A DNA stretch of 64,000 bases from Lama glama (GCA_028534125.1 CM052840.1:1426001-1490000), one strand, 5' to 3'; shown: positions 1-13,035, counted from the stretch's first letter. A program made the numbers and translations. Notes: generated by a model not told the origin, from the letters alone.

Positions 1-245
1 GCGCCTGCCTGAGTGTTGCTCCAAGCCCTCCTGCTTCAGGAAACAACAGAGGCTGCTCCTAAGAGGGGGAGCAGCCCCGCAGCCAGGAAGTCTTCCCTTG
101 TTCTGTGCTGCTCGCAAGGATCTGCATCCGGGCTCAGCCAGGTGGGAGGAATGAGGGGGAGAACCAGGCACTTGTGTCAAAAAGCTTGCTAGTAGGAAAC
201 CCCCCGATCAGGTTGGCCATCATTAAAGGTACTTTCAAGTTTGTG
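1..245 (+). other. LEMD1: Probable 3'UTR end of LEMD1 with ATTAAA poly(A) signal at 222-227
   Basis: ATTAAA at 222-227 followed by GT/T-rich sequence (240-290). Mammalian gene order is LEMD1-KLHDC8A-NUAK2 on one strand, and the sequence resembles my recollection of the human LEMD1 3'UTR. No LEMD1 coding sequence is visible. Confidence 0.45.
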
Positions 246-519
246 CAGACCTCTTAAAAGGACACTGTGCCTGGTGTTTTTCTTTTTAAGCCATGGATCA
301 CATTTTATTCACTCTTCAAATTGTACTGGGAAAGGCCACAACAGGTAATTAATAAAAAAAAAAAAAAGGAGTGCGGTTGGGTGAACACAGAGAACTGGCC
401 AACATCATCAGTAATGAAAGGAAAACATTTGGAATGAGATGGCATTTTTGCCATTGAAACAGCAAGTTTTGAAAAACTGAAGGCCTGATGAGGGAGCGAT
501 GCCAATGGCCCCTGGGAGC

Positions 520-740
520 AGGCGGAGCTGGGTGGGAGCCTGAGCCCCTCCGTTTATTGGCTTTGTGACCTTGGGTGAGTTAGTTGTCTTCTCTGAGCTT
601 CAGTCCAACTTCTGAAAATAGGGGTAAAATAGACCTCTTAGGGTGATGAAGAATTCGAAGAGATGATGCATGTGAAGTACTTAGTGTGGTCCACACCTGA
701 CTAGTAGTAAGCCCTCGATAGATGCTCAATAAATGTATAA
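520..740 (+). mobile_element. MIR SINE remnant
   Basis: MIR core motifs tgtgaccttggg..ctctgagcttcagt..aaaatagggg..tcaataaatg. Confidence 0.75.
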
Positions 741-984
741 GCAGTGTTACACTTTGGCACAATATTTCTGCTTCTGGGAGGAGCTAATTCTAGACAGCGA
801 AGTCTTAAGTACAAAGCAGTTGACTGTAGCAATTTTCATGGCAGCCAAAATGTAGAACCAACTCAAATATCCAGTAATCGGGAAATAGTTTAATGACTCG
901 AAGTCTGGCCTCTTGATAAATGACTATGCAAGAATTTAAAATATTAAAGAGTTTATCATAACAGAAAATGCTTACTTAAAAAAA

Positions 985-1125
985 TTAGAGTAGCTTCATT
1001 GAGATATAATTTACATGCCGTACAATTCACCTAATGTGTACAACTCAGTGATTTTTGGAATATTCATAGAGTTGTACAACCATCACCACAATCAATTTTA
1101 GAATATTTTCATCACCCCTAAAAAT
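985..1125 (-). mobile_element. Old L1 (L1MB/MC-like) 3' end fragment within L1ME-like remnants
   Basis: ttcattgagatataatttacat..tacaattcacc..caaccatcaccacaatcaattttagaatattttcatcaccc is the typical antisense L1M 3'UTR. Confidence 0.7.
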
Positions 1126-2034
1126 GCTTTTTTTTAAGGGTAAGTAAAAAAAGGATACAAATTTACTAGTGTGTCATCACAACTATACAAAACACTGGAA
1201 GAAAATATGTCAAAATCTTAACAGTACTTCAGTAATGGGACTCTGACTTTCTTTTCTTTATTTCTACTTTTCCATGTCTCTAAAGATTTTTAGAAGCTAG
1301 GTGTGTTAATTTGCTAATGCAAGAAAATAAATTCTAATTTAAAAAAATTGTATACTGTATTACAGTTTGACTGCAAGGAACATAAAACTCTGGCAAAGCT
1401 GGCTTAAACAAATAGGGATTTATTTTTATCTCATAAAAAGGAATTTGGAGCTTAAGGCATATAATATTGTTAAAGAATAGTCAAATGTAATGTGATTCAG
1501 ATTCAAATAAATCAACTGTAGAAAAAAAATACGATCAAGAAAATGTGCAACTGACTAGATGTTTGGTGATATTAAGAGATACTTGATCTTACTGAGCATC
1601 AGCAGCTATTCTGTGACCATGAGGCAAAAAGCATAAGAAAAAGGCTAAGAGATCATGAAGACATTGGCCTGCTATTTTTAAACTGCTGAAATTGGTTCTG
1701 CAATTCAGGCCACTGCACTGGCATTTAAGAACTTTAGGGCTTAACCACATCCCATCAACAGCTCTGTAACACGTGTTTCATCCAGAACAGTAAAGGAGGC
1801 TGGGAGAGTGGGCATTCGAACTTTAGACAGACAAAGGAGGAAAGGATTGGGTATAAGAACAGGAGGAAGCAGCCTACAGTGATGGCCACATGTTCAGTTG
1901 TTAATGAGATCAAGCATTATAAAAAACAAATAAACTTTCCTAGAAAGGCTTCTTCAGTACTTTGAATTTTTGCCAATTAGTTCTTATAAATCAGAATCCT
2001 GGAATCAATTTGAAGAGACTGCACAAGACTTTCA

Positions 2035-2175
2035 GTTAGTGCCTTCCCACTCAAGGTGTGGTCCCCAACCAGCAAAATTAGCATCTCAGGCCCTATGCCA
2101 ACGTACCAGGTTGGAATCTGCATTTTAAGAGAATCCCAGGATTCCTATATGTGTTAAGGTTTGAGAAGCCCTGCT
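2035..2175. mobile_element. MER5A-like hAT MITE
   Basis: gtgtggtcccc..agcatc..gaatctgcattttaa..tttgagaagccctg. Confidence 0.65.
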
Positions 2176-2369
2176 GTGGTCCATGCTCACCAGATGCTTA
2201 TGTAGGAAGAATCCTAGCTCAAGCCAAAGCCAGGCTGACTCTAAGAGTCAGGCCAGAAGACCAGTGTGGTAGGTCCATCAGAAATCCATGCACACTGGGG
2301 ACTGGTTTCCCTCTTTGAGAAAAACTTGTCTTAAAGAGACTCAGGCGTAGAAGTTTGATCCCAGGGAAT

Positions 2370-2870
2370 GTTTCACTATTCATCCAGTCAATTTATTTAG
2401 TACCTCCTGTATATTCTTGATCAAGTGGCAAATAAAATCAATATAAGATATAGTCCTTGCTCTTAAGGAACTGGTAGGGGAGATGGAGATGACAACAGAC
2501 GTCACAGTGTTAAGTGATCTCCTTTTGATGGTAGGACGGGGGCCCTGGGAGCATAAAAGAGGGCAAATTTCTCAGACATTGGGACTGAACATGGGTAGCT
2601 TCTTAGGTCAAGTGGTATCACAGCTGAATCCAGCAGGATGAGTAGGATTCAGTCAACAGACAGAGTAGAAAATTGGGTGAGGGGACCATCTCCAGGCCGG
2701 GGGCATGGTGTTTGAACAGACTGGTATGTGAGAGAGAGCAAGTGAGTTTGGTGACAACAGGGAAAACAGAGTGGGTGGTGAGGGATGGGGCTGGAAAGAA
2801 AGGCAGGGTACATGGTGGATCTTGGTGGATCTTGGGGACCATATTAAGGAGTCTGAACTTTAATCCTGAG
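2370..2870 (-). mobile_element. L2 LINE remnant
   Basis: ttcatccagtcaatttatttagtacct..gtccttgctcttaagga..ggactttaatcctgag-like L2 motifs. Confidence 0.55.
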
Positions 2871-4399
2871 GCTAACACAGAAGAGGAACTCTTCTGAGAA
2901 CAAACAATCCCTGCCTCCCTGGCTGTCTTCCACATCTTCCCCTGAAAGCTGGGGAGAGAGGGCTTCTAAAGAGGCATCAAACCAAAGCAGCCCTTTGCCG
3001 AAACCCCTGAGGGACGCTGGGTGTGTAGGGCAGTTCTTCACTGGTTGGGCTCTGGCAGCAACAGGAGAGGTAGCCCAGCATCTGAGGGAGGGAGCACACT
3101 TTGACATTCATTTCAACAAGTGTGCCCTTGACAAGGGTGGCCAATGTAGCAATGCTATGGGAGCAGGGGCGGCAGAGAAGTCGGAAGGTGCTCCCCCGTG
3201 TTGGTGAGCAGACCTGAGGCACCTTCACGGGACTCTGAGGGAGACAAGGAGGGGGTTGCTGCAATCGCCCCGTGCACCAGCGTTGGGGTGAAGGAGCAGC
3301 TGAAACCCCTCTGTGCAGAGAACTCTGCAACTGCGCTTGCCCTGTTTTGTGAATATTCATGATGCGACCCAAGTGTTTCCTGACCCTCTCTTTGGGGCTC
3401 GCCTCTCCCTGATAATCTAGGGAAAGTGTCAATGGGGGTGGGGGCTGCTGTCCTCCCAGGAGTCCTGTCCTCCTCTCTGGAACTGCTGCCACCAAGCTGA
3501 CCTCAGCAGAGGGCTGGGACAGGGGAGCCACTTTTCCTGTTGCTGCTGCGTGTGTAACAGGCATTCCAGAAAATTTCGACATAATGAGGAAACTGAAGTG
3601 TGGGGAAACTAAAGATCTGGGCCTACTTTGGTGCCTTCCCCAACACAGAGCCATCTCCCCACCCCCACCCCACCTTCAGCTCCACACCGATCAGCAGAAG
3701 CCATGACACTGAGATTTTCTTGACCTTGGGCCAAATCAAATTCCCCGGCAGGGCGCCCTCCCCGACTAGTCTGAGTAATAGGAAGGGAATTGGTATAGAG
3801 ATTTATTCTCTTGTCAAGGGCGAACTCCCAGCCATCAGGATGTTTTATTTTTCTAGTCCTGACGACTTGTCTGCCTCCCCTACAAATCTTGGCCCTCCTT
3901 GGGTCGGGAACTGTATCTTAATCATCTCTGGACCTCTTCTCAAAGTGAAGTCTTCACGCCATCCAGAACAAGCCCACTTGCCTTTCAAGTCGTTTCCAAC
4001 CCAAAGAGACATTTGAAACCACAAAACCAGTACCCTGGGTTTCACCTCCTACTTATCCCTCTGAGGAGAAATTCCTAAAATGAGCAAACTGCTGCTGAAA
4101 GACGTCCCCATCAACCTCATCACGCGCGTTTTAGCCCTTAACAGACTGTCCCTCCCGGGCGGGCGCAGGTAATGCTTCTGCCGGGAAATGTCCCTGTCTA
4201 CAGCGGGGTAAGACCTGCCACCCAGAAAGGGTGCTCTCCCTCTGATTGCCAAGCAGTTAAGGGGAGCGCTGGCTGGCGCGGAACAGGAGTTAGCTAATTA
4301 CACGTCCCACAGGGGTGTTTGATTTCGCGGTGTGTGTTCTGCATATGGGGCAACGGGGGCCTGTTCTGTCACGTGGGCGGCGCTGAAATCTCTACCCAG

Positions 4400-4555
4400 N
4401 NNNNNNNNNNNNNNNNNNNNNNNNNNNNNNNNNNNNNNNNNNNNNNNNNNNNNNNNNNNNNNNNNNNNNNNNNNNNNNNNNNNNNNNNNNNNNNNNNNNN
4501 NNNNNNNNNNNNNNNNNNNNNNNNNNNNNNNNNNNNNNNNNNNNNNNNNNNNNNN
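4400..4555. other. N gap (156 nt)
   Basis: Run of N. Confidence 0.99.
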
Positions 4556-5774
4556 ACATTATTCACATCTAGAGTAGCTGATAATCATTCTTGCATGCAA
4601 GGAAAAGGATTATTGATGTTTGGAAGGTTGTCACACTCTCTCTCTCTTTTTTTTTCCCCTTTCCTTCTCTCCTCAAATCCCATCCCTACTCCCCAGCCAA
4701 GAAAAGTCTTGTTGGTCAGAGTAACGTGAAGAGGCTGATCTTTGGTAAAACTGAAAGTTTACTCTTTCCCGAATCAAGAAATGATCTCAAGACTAAAATA
4801 AGGACGTGCCTCACCAACTTAGCATTTGGCTCTGAGGAAGAATTCCCCTTACAAACTTGGATGGCAGAAAATGAAAGGGAAGCCAATTCGCTTGTGCGAA
4901 GCCACGCGCCCTTCTAGCAAGCTTGCTCAAGATGAACTGAACCTGTTCAGACGATTCTCGAAGGCCAGCGTGAGTGCCACGCGGGCTTCCTCCCGGCCCC
5001 GGTGCACAGGGACAGCTTTCTGCCCGTTCCTGCTGGCAAAGCAGGTGAGTGAAATGCAGGCGAATCCGTGTGGGTGTGTTGCAGCTACGTGCTAACCAGC
5101 ATTGCTTCCCCGGGCTCTCAGGCGTTACAGGACCACATTCGCTGCCAAAATGATGGCTCCTGCGAACGTTCTCGTGCGTGGGTGTAACCTAAACACAGCC
5201 CTGTGGATGAATCACTCACTGGAGAGCCAGAAGGGGGCTATTCTAGGTACACCGCCAACGTGAATGGGGACGCCGCTTCTGGTTTCCTGACAACCAGGGG
5301 TGCCGTGACAACTCCAGTTCCTAGACAGCCATTGTTAGAAATCCTCTTTGGAGCTGAGGGGTTAGTTAAAAATACGTGGAGGGGACAGTGAGTTTGCCTG
5401 TTGGTTACTGTTGCTGCCACTCGTGTGTGTGTGGAGAAAAATAGGTTATTAATGTCCACGACTGTTCTGATGAGAGGGCAGCTCTCTCGCTTTTTACAAG
5501 ACAAACAAGCAGGGCAAGTTCACCACCTGCCTGAGCAAGTAAGGATGGCTCTGCGGCCATGAAGAGCACGTCTTTCTTACTGACGCTGCTGGAGAGTTGA
5601 AACCCAGTCTAAGCAGGGCACTATGGGGCGACGTGCCTGAGCAGGAACTCAGGGGACCCCGGTTCCAATCCCACCTCTGCCCCCTGCTACCTGTGGGAAT
5701 GTAAGGCTTTCCCGGGACCTCAGTTTCCTCCTCTGTAAAATGAGCACCAGCATTCTGAGTTAGGAACTCAGAAT

Positions 5775-6115
5775 TGATGAACCTTAGAGACAGTGTGCTT
5801 GGTGAAATAATCCAATCACAAAAGGGCAAATACTGTATGATCTCCCTTAGATGCATTGCCTAGAATAATTGAATTCATGGAGATAGAAAGCAGAAGGGCG
5901 GTGGCCAGGGTCTGGAGGGAGGGGGTGCCGAGAGTTGTTCTTTAATGGCTACAGAGTTTCAGTTTGGGAGCAAGAAAGAATTTCCGGAGCTGGATGGTGG
6001 TGACGGCCGCACAGCAAATGTGGGTGCGCTCCAAGATCACTGAACCGCACAGGTAAAAATGACTAAACTGGTAACATTTATGTTATGTCCATTTTACCAC
6101 AATTTTAAAAAATGA
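5775..6115 (+). mobile_element. L1MB-like 3' end
   Basis: aaatactgtatgatc..gagtttcagtttggga..ggatggtggtgacgg..tttatgttatg..ttttaccacaattttaaaaaa. Confidence 0.8.
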
Positions 6116-6156
6116 AAAAGAAACGCAGCAATTATCCACAGCATTTGTTCAGACTA

Positions 6157-6465
6157 TCAGGGATCTCAAACTCAAATACCCACCAGTTGAGGCAAATTGT
6201 GCAAATGAGTGAGCCCCGCGACTTGCAGTACGCACATTACACCAGAGGGGGCAGTGCCTCCCCAGCCCAGCCAACACTTGCCATGCAGGAATGGGGGCAG
6301 AGTTTTTAAAAAAAAGTGCAAATTCTAGCTATTTAGGTGAAATCTCTGAATTCTTCAAGTTGGCAACTAATTCAAAAAAGTTAAAAAACCCACGAAACTG
6401 TGGGCCAAACAAAACTCATCTACAGTTTAGATTCTGCCTACAGGACCCCAGTTATCTTCCTCTGT
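6157..6465. mobile_element. hAT-Charlie-type MITE remnant
   Basis: Starts cagggatctcaaactcaaat and ends ggccaaacaaaac..ccagtt..cctctg, typical MER-type termini. Confidence 0.45.
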
Positions 6466-7619
6466 GTAGACAGTCCGTCTGTATCATGTGGTTTCCTTTC
6501 TTCGTCTTCGCCAGCATCTCACCCCACACTCCCCCTCAATAACAGGTTGTGGCCAAGACAAGCTGTACCTGGATAAGTGCCTCCACTTTCCACATTGTGT
6601 GCCCATGGGAACTCAACCAGAACATGCCAGAACAGGCAGGGCATATGCTACCTGTAACAGGCGGGTATGCTGGCATCAACGTCCTTGTGGTTCTGACAGC
6701 CCATCAGAGGTATGGGGGTACTTATGTGCATGGTCTAGCCCCAAACTCCACTAATTCTTGTGTTTTTTTTGTTTGTTTGTTTGTTCTTTTTAGTTTCCTT
6801 AGTGGAGACCTAGTGAAATAGTCCCTAACTCTCCCCTCATATTTGATGCCTTCCATCTCTTGATTTCTGTTTTGAAACAAACCAACTTCCTCGCTATACC
6901 TGGTGTCCATCCTCATTGCCATCTTCAGAAGTCAGACGATACTATGAGTCTTTCTTGATTTGGGGCAAGTGTGGAAAATACATCCCAGGACGTGAGGTCC
7001 CAGGGTAAAGGGATTTTACACTATCAGAATAGTAACAGCCACGTAGATGCTAGAGCTCACCTGTACTGGTATTGCAAGCCCAATACTGCAACTTGGCAAA
7101 AGAACGTAGGCAGCTGTCTGCATTTGCTAGCAGCTTTATTTAAAGGTGGGGTGTTGCTTGCAAAAGAAGGCCACTTGGAGAGGTGTAGGGATAACACATC
7201 GCTAATCACCTGCCAGGCTGCTGCTTGCTTATACCAAATCTGGTAGCAAAAAGGAGAAATGTAGGCATTTCCTTAGGCTAGGCTTTCTACAATTAATTCT
7301 CAGTGACAGCACAGATGTCTCCCACTTGTGAGAAGCCATCAAAAGGTTCCGTTTGATGTGATGTGCTCTCTCAACGTGGGGAGGTGGAAATATTGCTTAG
7401 ATGAACAGATCTGCATTCTCAGCAAACCCTGCTCGTGATGGGAAGTTTGTGGCTCTGTATTCAACGAGTCTTTCTGCCTGTCTACTCCTGTAGGCCGGTG
7501 TGGCCTTATCCTCAGTGATTCCTCATTCAATTGGCAATTTTTTCCAGATAACTTCACTTTGCCTCTTGGAGAGCAGTGGCAATTTCCCTTCTAATAGTGT
7601 ATCATTCGATTGACATTTA

Positions 7620-7739
7620 CTTTTGGGACGGTATTTAGGTTTACTTATTTATTTTCAGAGGAGGTATGGGGATTGAATCTGGGACCTTGTGTATGTTAAG
7701 CATGTGCTCGACCACTTCAGCTATACCCTCCCACCCCAC
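7620..7739 (-). mobile_element. Camelid tRNA-derived SINE (Vic-1 type)
   Basis: Reverse complement of GGGAGGGTATAGCT..GTGGT..GGTCCCAGATTCAATCCCC plus tail; TSD TGACATTTA at 7611-7619 and 7740-7748. Confidence 0.85.
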
Positions 7740-8399
7740 TGACATTTATGAAGGGACTGCTATGTACTAATTCCTGTGCTAGGAGCTGGGACATAATGAC
7801 TAGCTAGTGAAGGAAGCAGAGATGTAAACAGAGGACTGTCACTTGTCCTGGGTGTGTGAGTGGATGCTGTTTTGGTGCTCTGCCCAGATCCCCTTCCCTG
7901 GCCCTGTGTACCCACCCCTGCTGTGTGGGTTGGCTGCCAAAGGCTCATGGGTACCCCTCTCCTGCTGAAAGCTACCCTCAACTGATGGGGGCCACTTCTC
8001 CTGATCACTTACACCCATCCGGGCAGCCCACAGCCAAGGACTGACTGATCTGGGAAAACAAAAGTCCAGCCCGTTGCCATCAAGGTGGGAAGAGGACACT
8101 TCTGTGATGTTATTTTTGTTCCAGGGGGCTCTACCTCCCCTCCATCCACTTTGAATGAGGCCGGGGCTAGATCGTACGTGGGACCATAGTTCCATGTGGT
8201 TCTGTCCCCTTATACTGATATAGACCCTTACAGGTCTCTCTGAAGAACACTTCTGCAAAAAGCCACAGATCTCAGGCTCTGCTTCTAGGGAACCTGCCCT
8301 ATGACAGCCTTATGAAGGTGATATTTTGATAGAAATCTTCCTGAAATGTTATATCTTTCTTTACCTTTTTAAGGAAAGAAACTTAAATATAAGCTTTCA

Positions 8400-9310
8400 A
8401 GAATAATATTTGCAAATACATGTCTGATATGAAGTTAATATCCAAAATGTATAAAGAACTAATAGAAAATAGTGAAAAAGCAAAACCAATCTGATTAAAA
8501 TGTGGGCAGAGATCTGAATAGACATATTTTCAGAAAAGACATTCAGATAGCCAACAGACACATGATAAGATGCCCATCATTAGTCATCAGGGAAATGCAA
8601 ATCAAAACCACAATGAAATATCACCTCACACCTTTTAAAATGGCTGTTATCAAAAGGATAACAAATAAGTTCATTTGCATCTTATTTTTTATATTCCACA
8701 TATAAGTGATATTANNNNNNNNNNNNNNNNNNNNNNNNNNNNNNNNNNNNNNNNNNNNNNNNNNNNNNNNNNNNNNNNNNNNNNNNNNNNNNNNNNNNNN
8801 NNNNNNNNNNNNNNNNNNNNNNNNNNNNNNNNNNNNNNNNNNNNNNNNNNNNNNNNNNNNNNNNNNNNNNNNNNNNNNNNNNNNNNNNNNNNNNNNNNNN
8901 NNNNNNNNNNNNNNNNNNNNNNNNNNNNNNNNNNNNNNNNNNNNNNNNNNNTCTTTTCAAATAAGAGTTTTCTCTGGATATATGCCCAGGAGTGGGATTG
9001 CTGGATCCCATGGTAACTCTAAGTTGTTTTTTTTTTTAAGGAAGGTGCATACAGTTTTCCACACTGGCTACACCAATATACATTCCCACTAACAGTAGGA
9101 GGGTTCCTTTTAACACCCTCTCTAACATTTACTATTTGCAGTTCTTAAAACCACTCATCACAAGAAAAAAAATTTTTTGTAACTATAGATGGGGACAGAT
9201 GTTAACTAGACTTATTGTGGTGGTCATTTCAGAACATATACAATTATTGAATCATTATGTTGTACACCCGAAATTAATATGTTATATGTAAATTACACCT
9301 CAATAAAATA
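8400..9310 (+). mobile_element. L1 3' portion with an internally inverted segment (~8669-9140); contains N gap 8715-8951
   Basis: ORF2 C-terminal peptide ([26 protein letters not shown]) on +, then antisense L1, then a sense L1 3'UTR ending aataaa. Confidence 0.85.
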
Positions 9311-9439
9311 TATATAATTATAATTTTGCATATTTTGGAATAATTTCCCCTTTCGTTTCCTCCTCAGTAAAATGAGGACCTTGAATGAGATGCTCTCCCT
9401 GCCTAAACTTGTGTGTCTTTGACTTTGTAGCCATGAACA

Positions 9440-9660
9440 TCACTTTGAGGAAAGAGACAGACCTGGGTTCCAATTCTAACCCTGCATCTAACAGCTGAGC
9501 GTTCTTGCAAACCACTGAGCCTTGCTGAGCTGCAGTTCCTCCATCAGCTAAGTGGGGAGGTGATGTCTATCTCAGCATTGTTGTAAGGACTAATGAAATA
9601 ATCTATACAGAAACACACGGTGCAGCACCTAGCAATAAATCATAGCTGTTACTACTACTA
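9440..9660 (+). mobile_element. MIR remnant
   Basis: agacagacctgggttccaattct..cagttcctccatc..gttgtaaggactaatgaaataat. Confidence 0.7.
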
Positions 9661-10924
9661 ATACTTTACTAACCATATTAAAGTAGGGACACCTATTCAG
9701 GCCTAGAAGACAGCTTAATACCTGGTCCCAGACTGCTGTGTTCTCCGAGTTGTAGGATTTTTTTCCTCCCTCTGCCTTCTGGCTGTCAACTACCTTGAAA
9801 AATTCTTTTGTGCATTTGAATATTCTGACTCCAATTTTCTGTAGGTTGGAGAAACCCTCTAACCAGACTTATTAGAACCGACAGGGTTGATTATTTTTGT
9901 TATTAAGTTTCTTGGCCTGGATAACTCATCTCATGGTAAGTCGTAGATGGGCAGCTTTCAGCCAGATTGTGGACTCAGAGCTCAAGGATGGCGTCTTAAT
10001 CATCGATCAATCGATGCACTAACACCTAGTCTGGTGCTCGCAGATAGCAAGGATTTAATAAACGCTAGTTGGAATATAAGGCTTAAAAATAAAATGTAAG
10101 AAAAGAGGCTCAGAGTGAGGGCCTCAACCTCTGCTACAAAATCAAGCCCATAAGCCTTTGTTCTGGGTGGTGGAGGCTTCTGGGTAAAAGATTTTGAGAT
10201 TAACATAGGTTTTAATGCATATGCGGATAGTGAAGGGGGAAAGGAGAGGGTGAATCTTATCTTCCAATTAATGTTAATAAGAGGACTAAAATTCTAAACA
10301 GTAAAATTCTGCTCCCCCCCCAACAAATCCCCACAATGGGCAGAGTGTCTTAATATTATGGGCTTTGCAAACAATGGAGAAACCCAAGGGAAAAGCACAT
10401 GGTGTTTGTCTCTTACAGCTCCTCATCACCGTCCTGCCATTCTCCTTCGATGTCCTCCATGTCTGTTTCCCTAAATGACACAGATCCTCCTAGCCTGTTT
10501 TGAGGCAGAGTTGTCTCTTGCTCTTGGAGAGTCGGACAGGAGCCAGAGGGGAGAGAGCTAACGTGCTTAATCAGCTGTCTTCACTGCTCAGGCCACCAGG
10601 CAGGGGTGGGAGGGAGACGGCCCCTCTGAGATCAAATTCTACAAAGTGCTGCAGTGGTACATTTTGTTCACACAACAATTAAACTGGTTAAACACTGCCT
10701 GATCCTGGGATTGCTGGCTGGGAGCCCGGATTTGGTCTTCTTATCTGTCTAACAGGAGCCTATGGTGCAGGAGTCCTTATAGGCTGCCTCTAGGCCTAGC
10801 CAGGGAGTTCATTCCTTCCTTATTTTAAAGGCCCAGCAGCTTCTGGGCAAACCCCATCTAGCCGAAGTTCAGTGGAGATCGGGGTATCTCCTCTCAGAAT
10901 CATTACCACACAGATTCCCCTAAT

Positions 10925-11090
10925 CCAGTGGTCCTCAACCTGCCTGACCGTAAGAATCACCTGGGGACCTTTTAAGTGCTCTCTGAGGCCCAGGCTGTGC
11001 CCTGGACCAGTTACCTCAGAATCTCTGGGGGGAGACACAGGCGTCAGTGCAGCCAAGGTTGGAGATGAATTGCCTTGGGTGAAGACCACT
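10925..11090. mobile_element. MER5-like MITE
   Basis: cagtggtcctcaac..agaatcacctgggg..cagaatctctggg..gaagaccactg. Confidence 0.65.
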
Positions 11091-11493
11091 GTAGCAAAGG
11101 TTAAAAGATTTCAAATGATTGAGCTCAGAGAAGAGGAAAGAGGGGGACCTTAAGATTCCTCTTCACAGGAGAACCAGGCCAAGAATTAGGAAGGCCCTGG
11201 CGATTAGTGGAAGGAGAACCGTCTATATGGTGTCGGACTCTTGGTATCAGACTCTGGTGCTGCCACCTCCTGCCTCTGTGATCTTGGGAAACTAACTCTG
11301 GGCTTCCATTTTCTCATCTATAAAATGGGTTTTGTGCAGTAGATAAAACATGGAAAGCATCTTGTGCATAACAGGTGTTATTAACACAGACAGTGCCTCC
11401 TTACCCAGACTGAGACCTCTTTTTGTAGGTGTCTTATCTACACTCGTAAGCCTTTCCCCATTTAAGTTGGAAAGGAGCATGAGAAGAAATTTA

Positions 11494-11589
11494 TTTATTT
11501 ATTTTTATTTTTAAGAGGCACTGGGGATTGAACCCAGGACCTCATGCACGCTAAGCATGCACTCTACCACTGAGCTATGACCGTCCCCT
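11494..11589 (-). mobile_element. Camelid SINE (Vic-1 type)
   Basis: ggggattgaacccaggacctcatgcacgctaagcatgcactctaccactgagcta; TSD AGAAATTTA at 11485-11493 and 11593-11601. Confidence 0.9.
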
Positions 11590-12293
11590 GTGAGAAATTT
11601 AAACTCTTCAAGTTGCTACTCTAGATAATTTCTTTTTTGCTATATACTTCTTTGCAATATTTTCCATTTCAACTAGTTAACAAAGTCTTTTCACATGTTC
11701 GTAGGCAATTCTGCTTTCATGGCAGAACAAGTAATTCATTTTCACAGTTCATGTTTAAATGATGGAAAAATAAACATATCTGAAAGCTACAGAAATTGTG
11801 GCAGATCTTTTCCTTGCTGTTCTGGTCCTGGTTATACCCTCTTTTAGTCAATCACATACCCACCAAAGATATCTTCATAGAATTCCACTTAAAGGATGTG
11901 AAGTTAATATAAATACCCCTTGCTAAGTTTGCTGTGAAGCCTTTAACCAAAATTAGTTTAACTCTGGGTGTCTTCTGGGTCAAATTTTTAATTCGGACAA
12001 TTGTGTTTCAACAGTTGAGAGATACATTTCCTAATTTTGAGATGCCATATGGAATTGCACAGTTGTAACTTCCTCAGATGTATACACAGTCCTGTGAAAT
12101 TTTCCGAGGATACTTTTGTATAAATTAAAATGCCAGAATTAAGTATGGTTTGTGGTCACGCACAAAAGTTGGTACTCATCTAAACTCAGTGGCAAAAGTA
12201 ACATTAATTAACAGCTTATTATGTGTCTGGAACGGCACTATTTTACAGGCATTATTTCATTTAATTCACTCAGCAACCCTGTGAAATAAAGCT

Positions 12294-12294
<1 letters not shown>

Positions 12295-12325
<31 letters not shown>
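12295..12325 (+). repeat. (CAT)n microsatellite
   Basis: About 10 CAT units. Confidence 0.95.
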
Positions 12326-12439
12326 AATATATTATAATACATTGAGACCCAGAAAGTTGATTTTTTCAAGATCAGGTGGAGAACTGGGATACAAACCCAT
12401 GTTCATCTGATGCCAAAACCTTTGCTCTTAAAAAAAAAA

Positions 12440-13035
12440 ATTTTATTGAGATATCATTAACATACCATACAATCCAATCACTTATAGTGTACAATTCAAT
12501 GATTTTTGCCAGAGTTGTGTAATCCTCACCACAATCAATTTTAGAACATTCTCATCAACCCCAAAGGAAACCCTATCTATCAAGTAATAAATGGATAAAA
12601 AAATGTGTGTCATATTCGTACAAGAGAATGTTATTAGGCTAAAAAAAAAAGAAATGAAGCACTGATATAAAAGAGTTGTTTCTTTTGTTGCTTCTGCTTT
12701 TGGTGTCATATCTAAGAAACCATTGCCTGACTACAGTTAACATTGCAGCACATACTTCATAGATGCTAACAGAGTAGCTTTTGAATGCCATCACCACACA
12801 CAAACACACAAAGAAAAATAATTTGTGTGAGGTGATGGAGGTCTTAACTAACCTTACGGTAGTATTCACTTTGCAATTTATACATGTATCAAATCACTTG
12901 TACACCTTTAACTGACATGTTATATTATCACATATCCCATCAAAGCTGAATAAAAAAAGAAACCACAGCCACGAAGATTTATGCCTGTTTTCTTCTAAGA
13001 GTTTTATAGACTTAGTTCTTATATTGAAGTCTATG
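12440..13035. mobile_element. Cluster of nested L1 fragments of both orientations
   Basis: Antisense L1M 3' end, a sense piece, then an antisense ORF2 piece interrupted by a sense L1 3'UTR (~12731-12956) flanked by AAGAAACCA(TT/CA)GCC. Confidence 0.7.

Noticed and set aside
2977-3654. 225-aa minus-strand ORF
   Set aside because: No recognisable homology or splice structure; expected by chance in GC-rich DNA.
6960-7360. Possible LTR remnant
   Set aside because: Composition is LTR-like, but I could not define termini, a TSD or a family.
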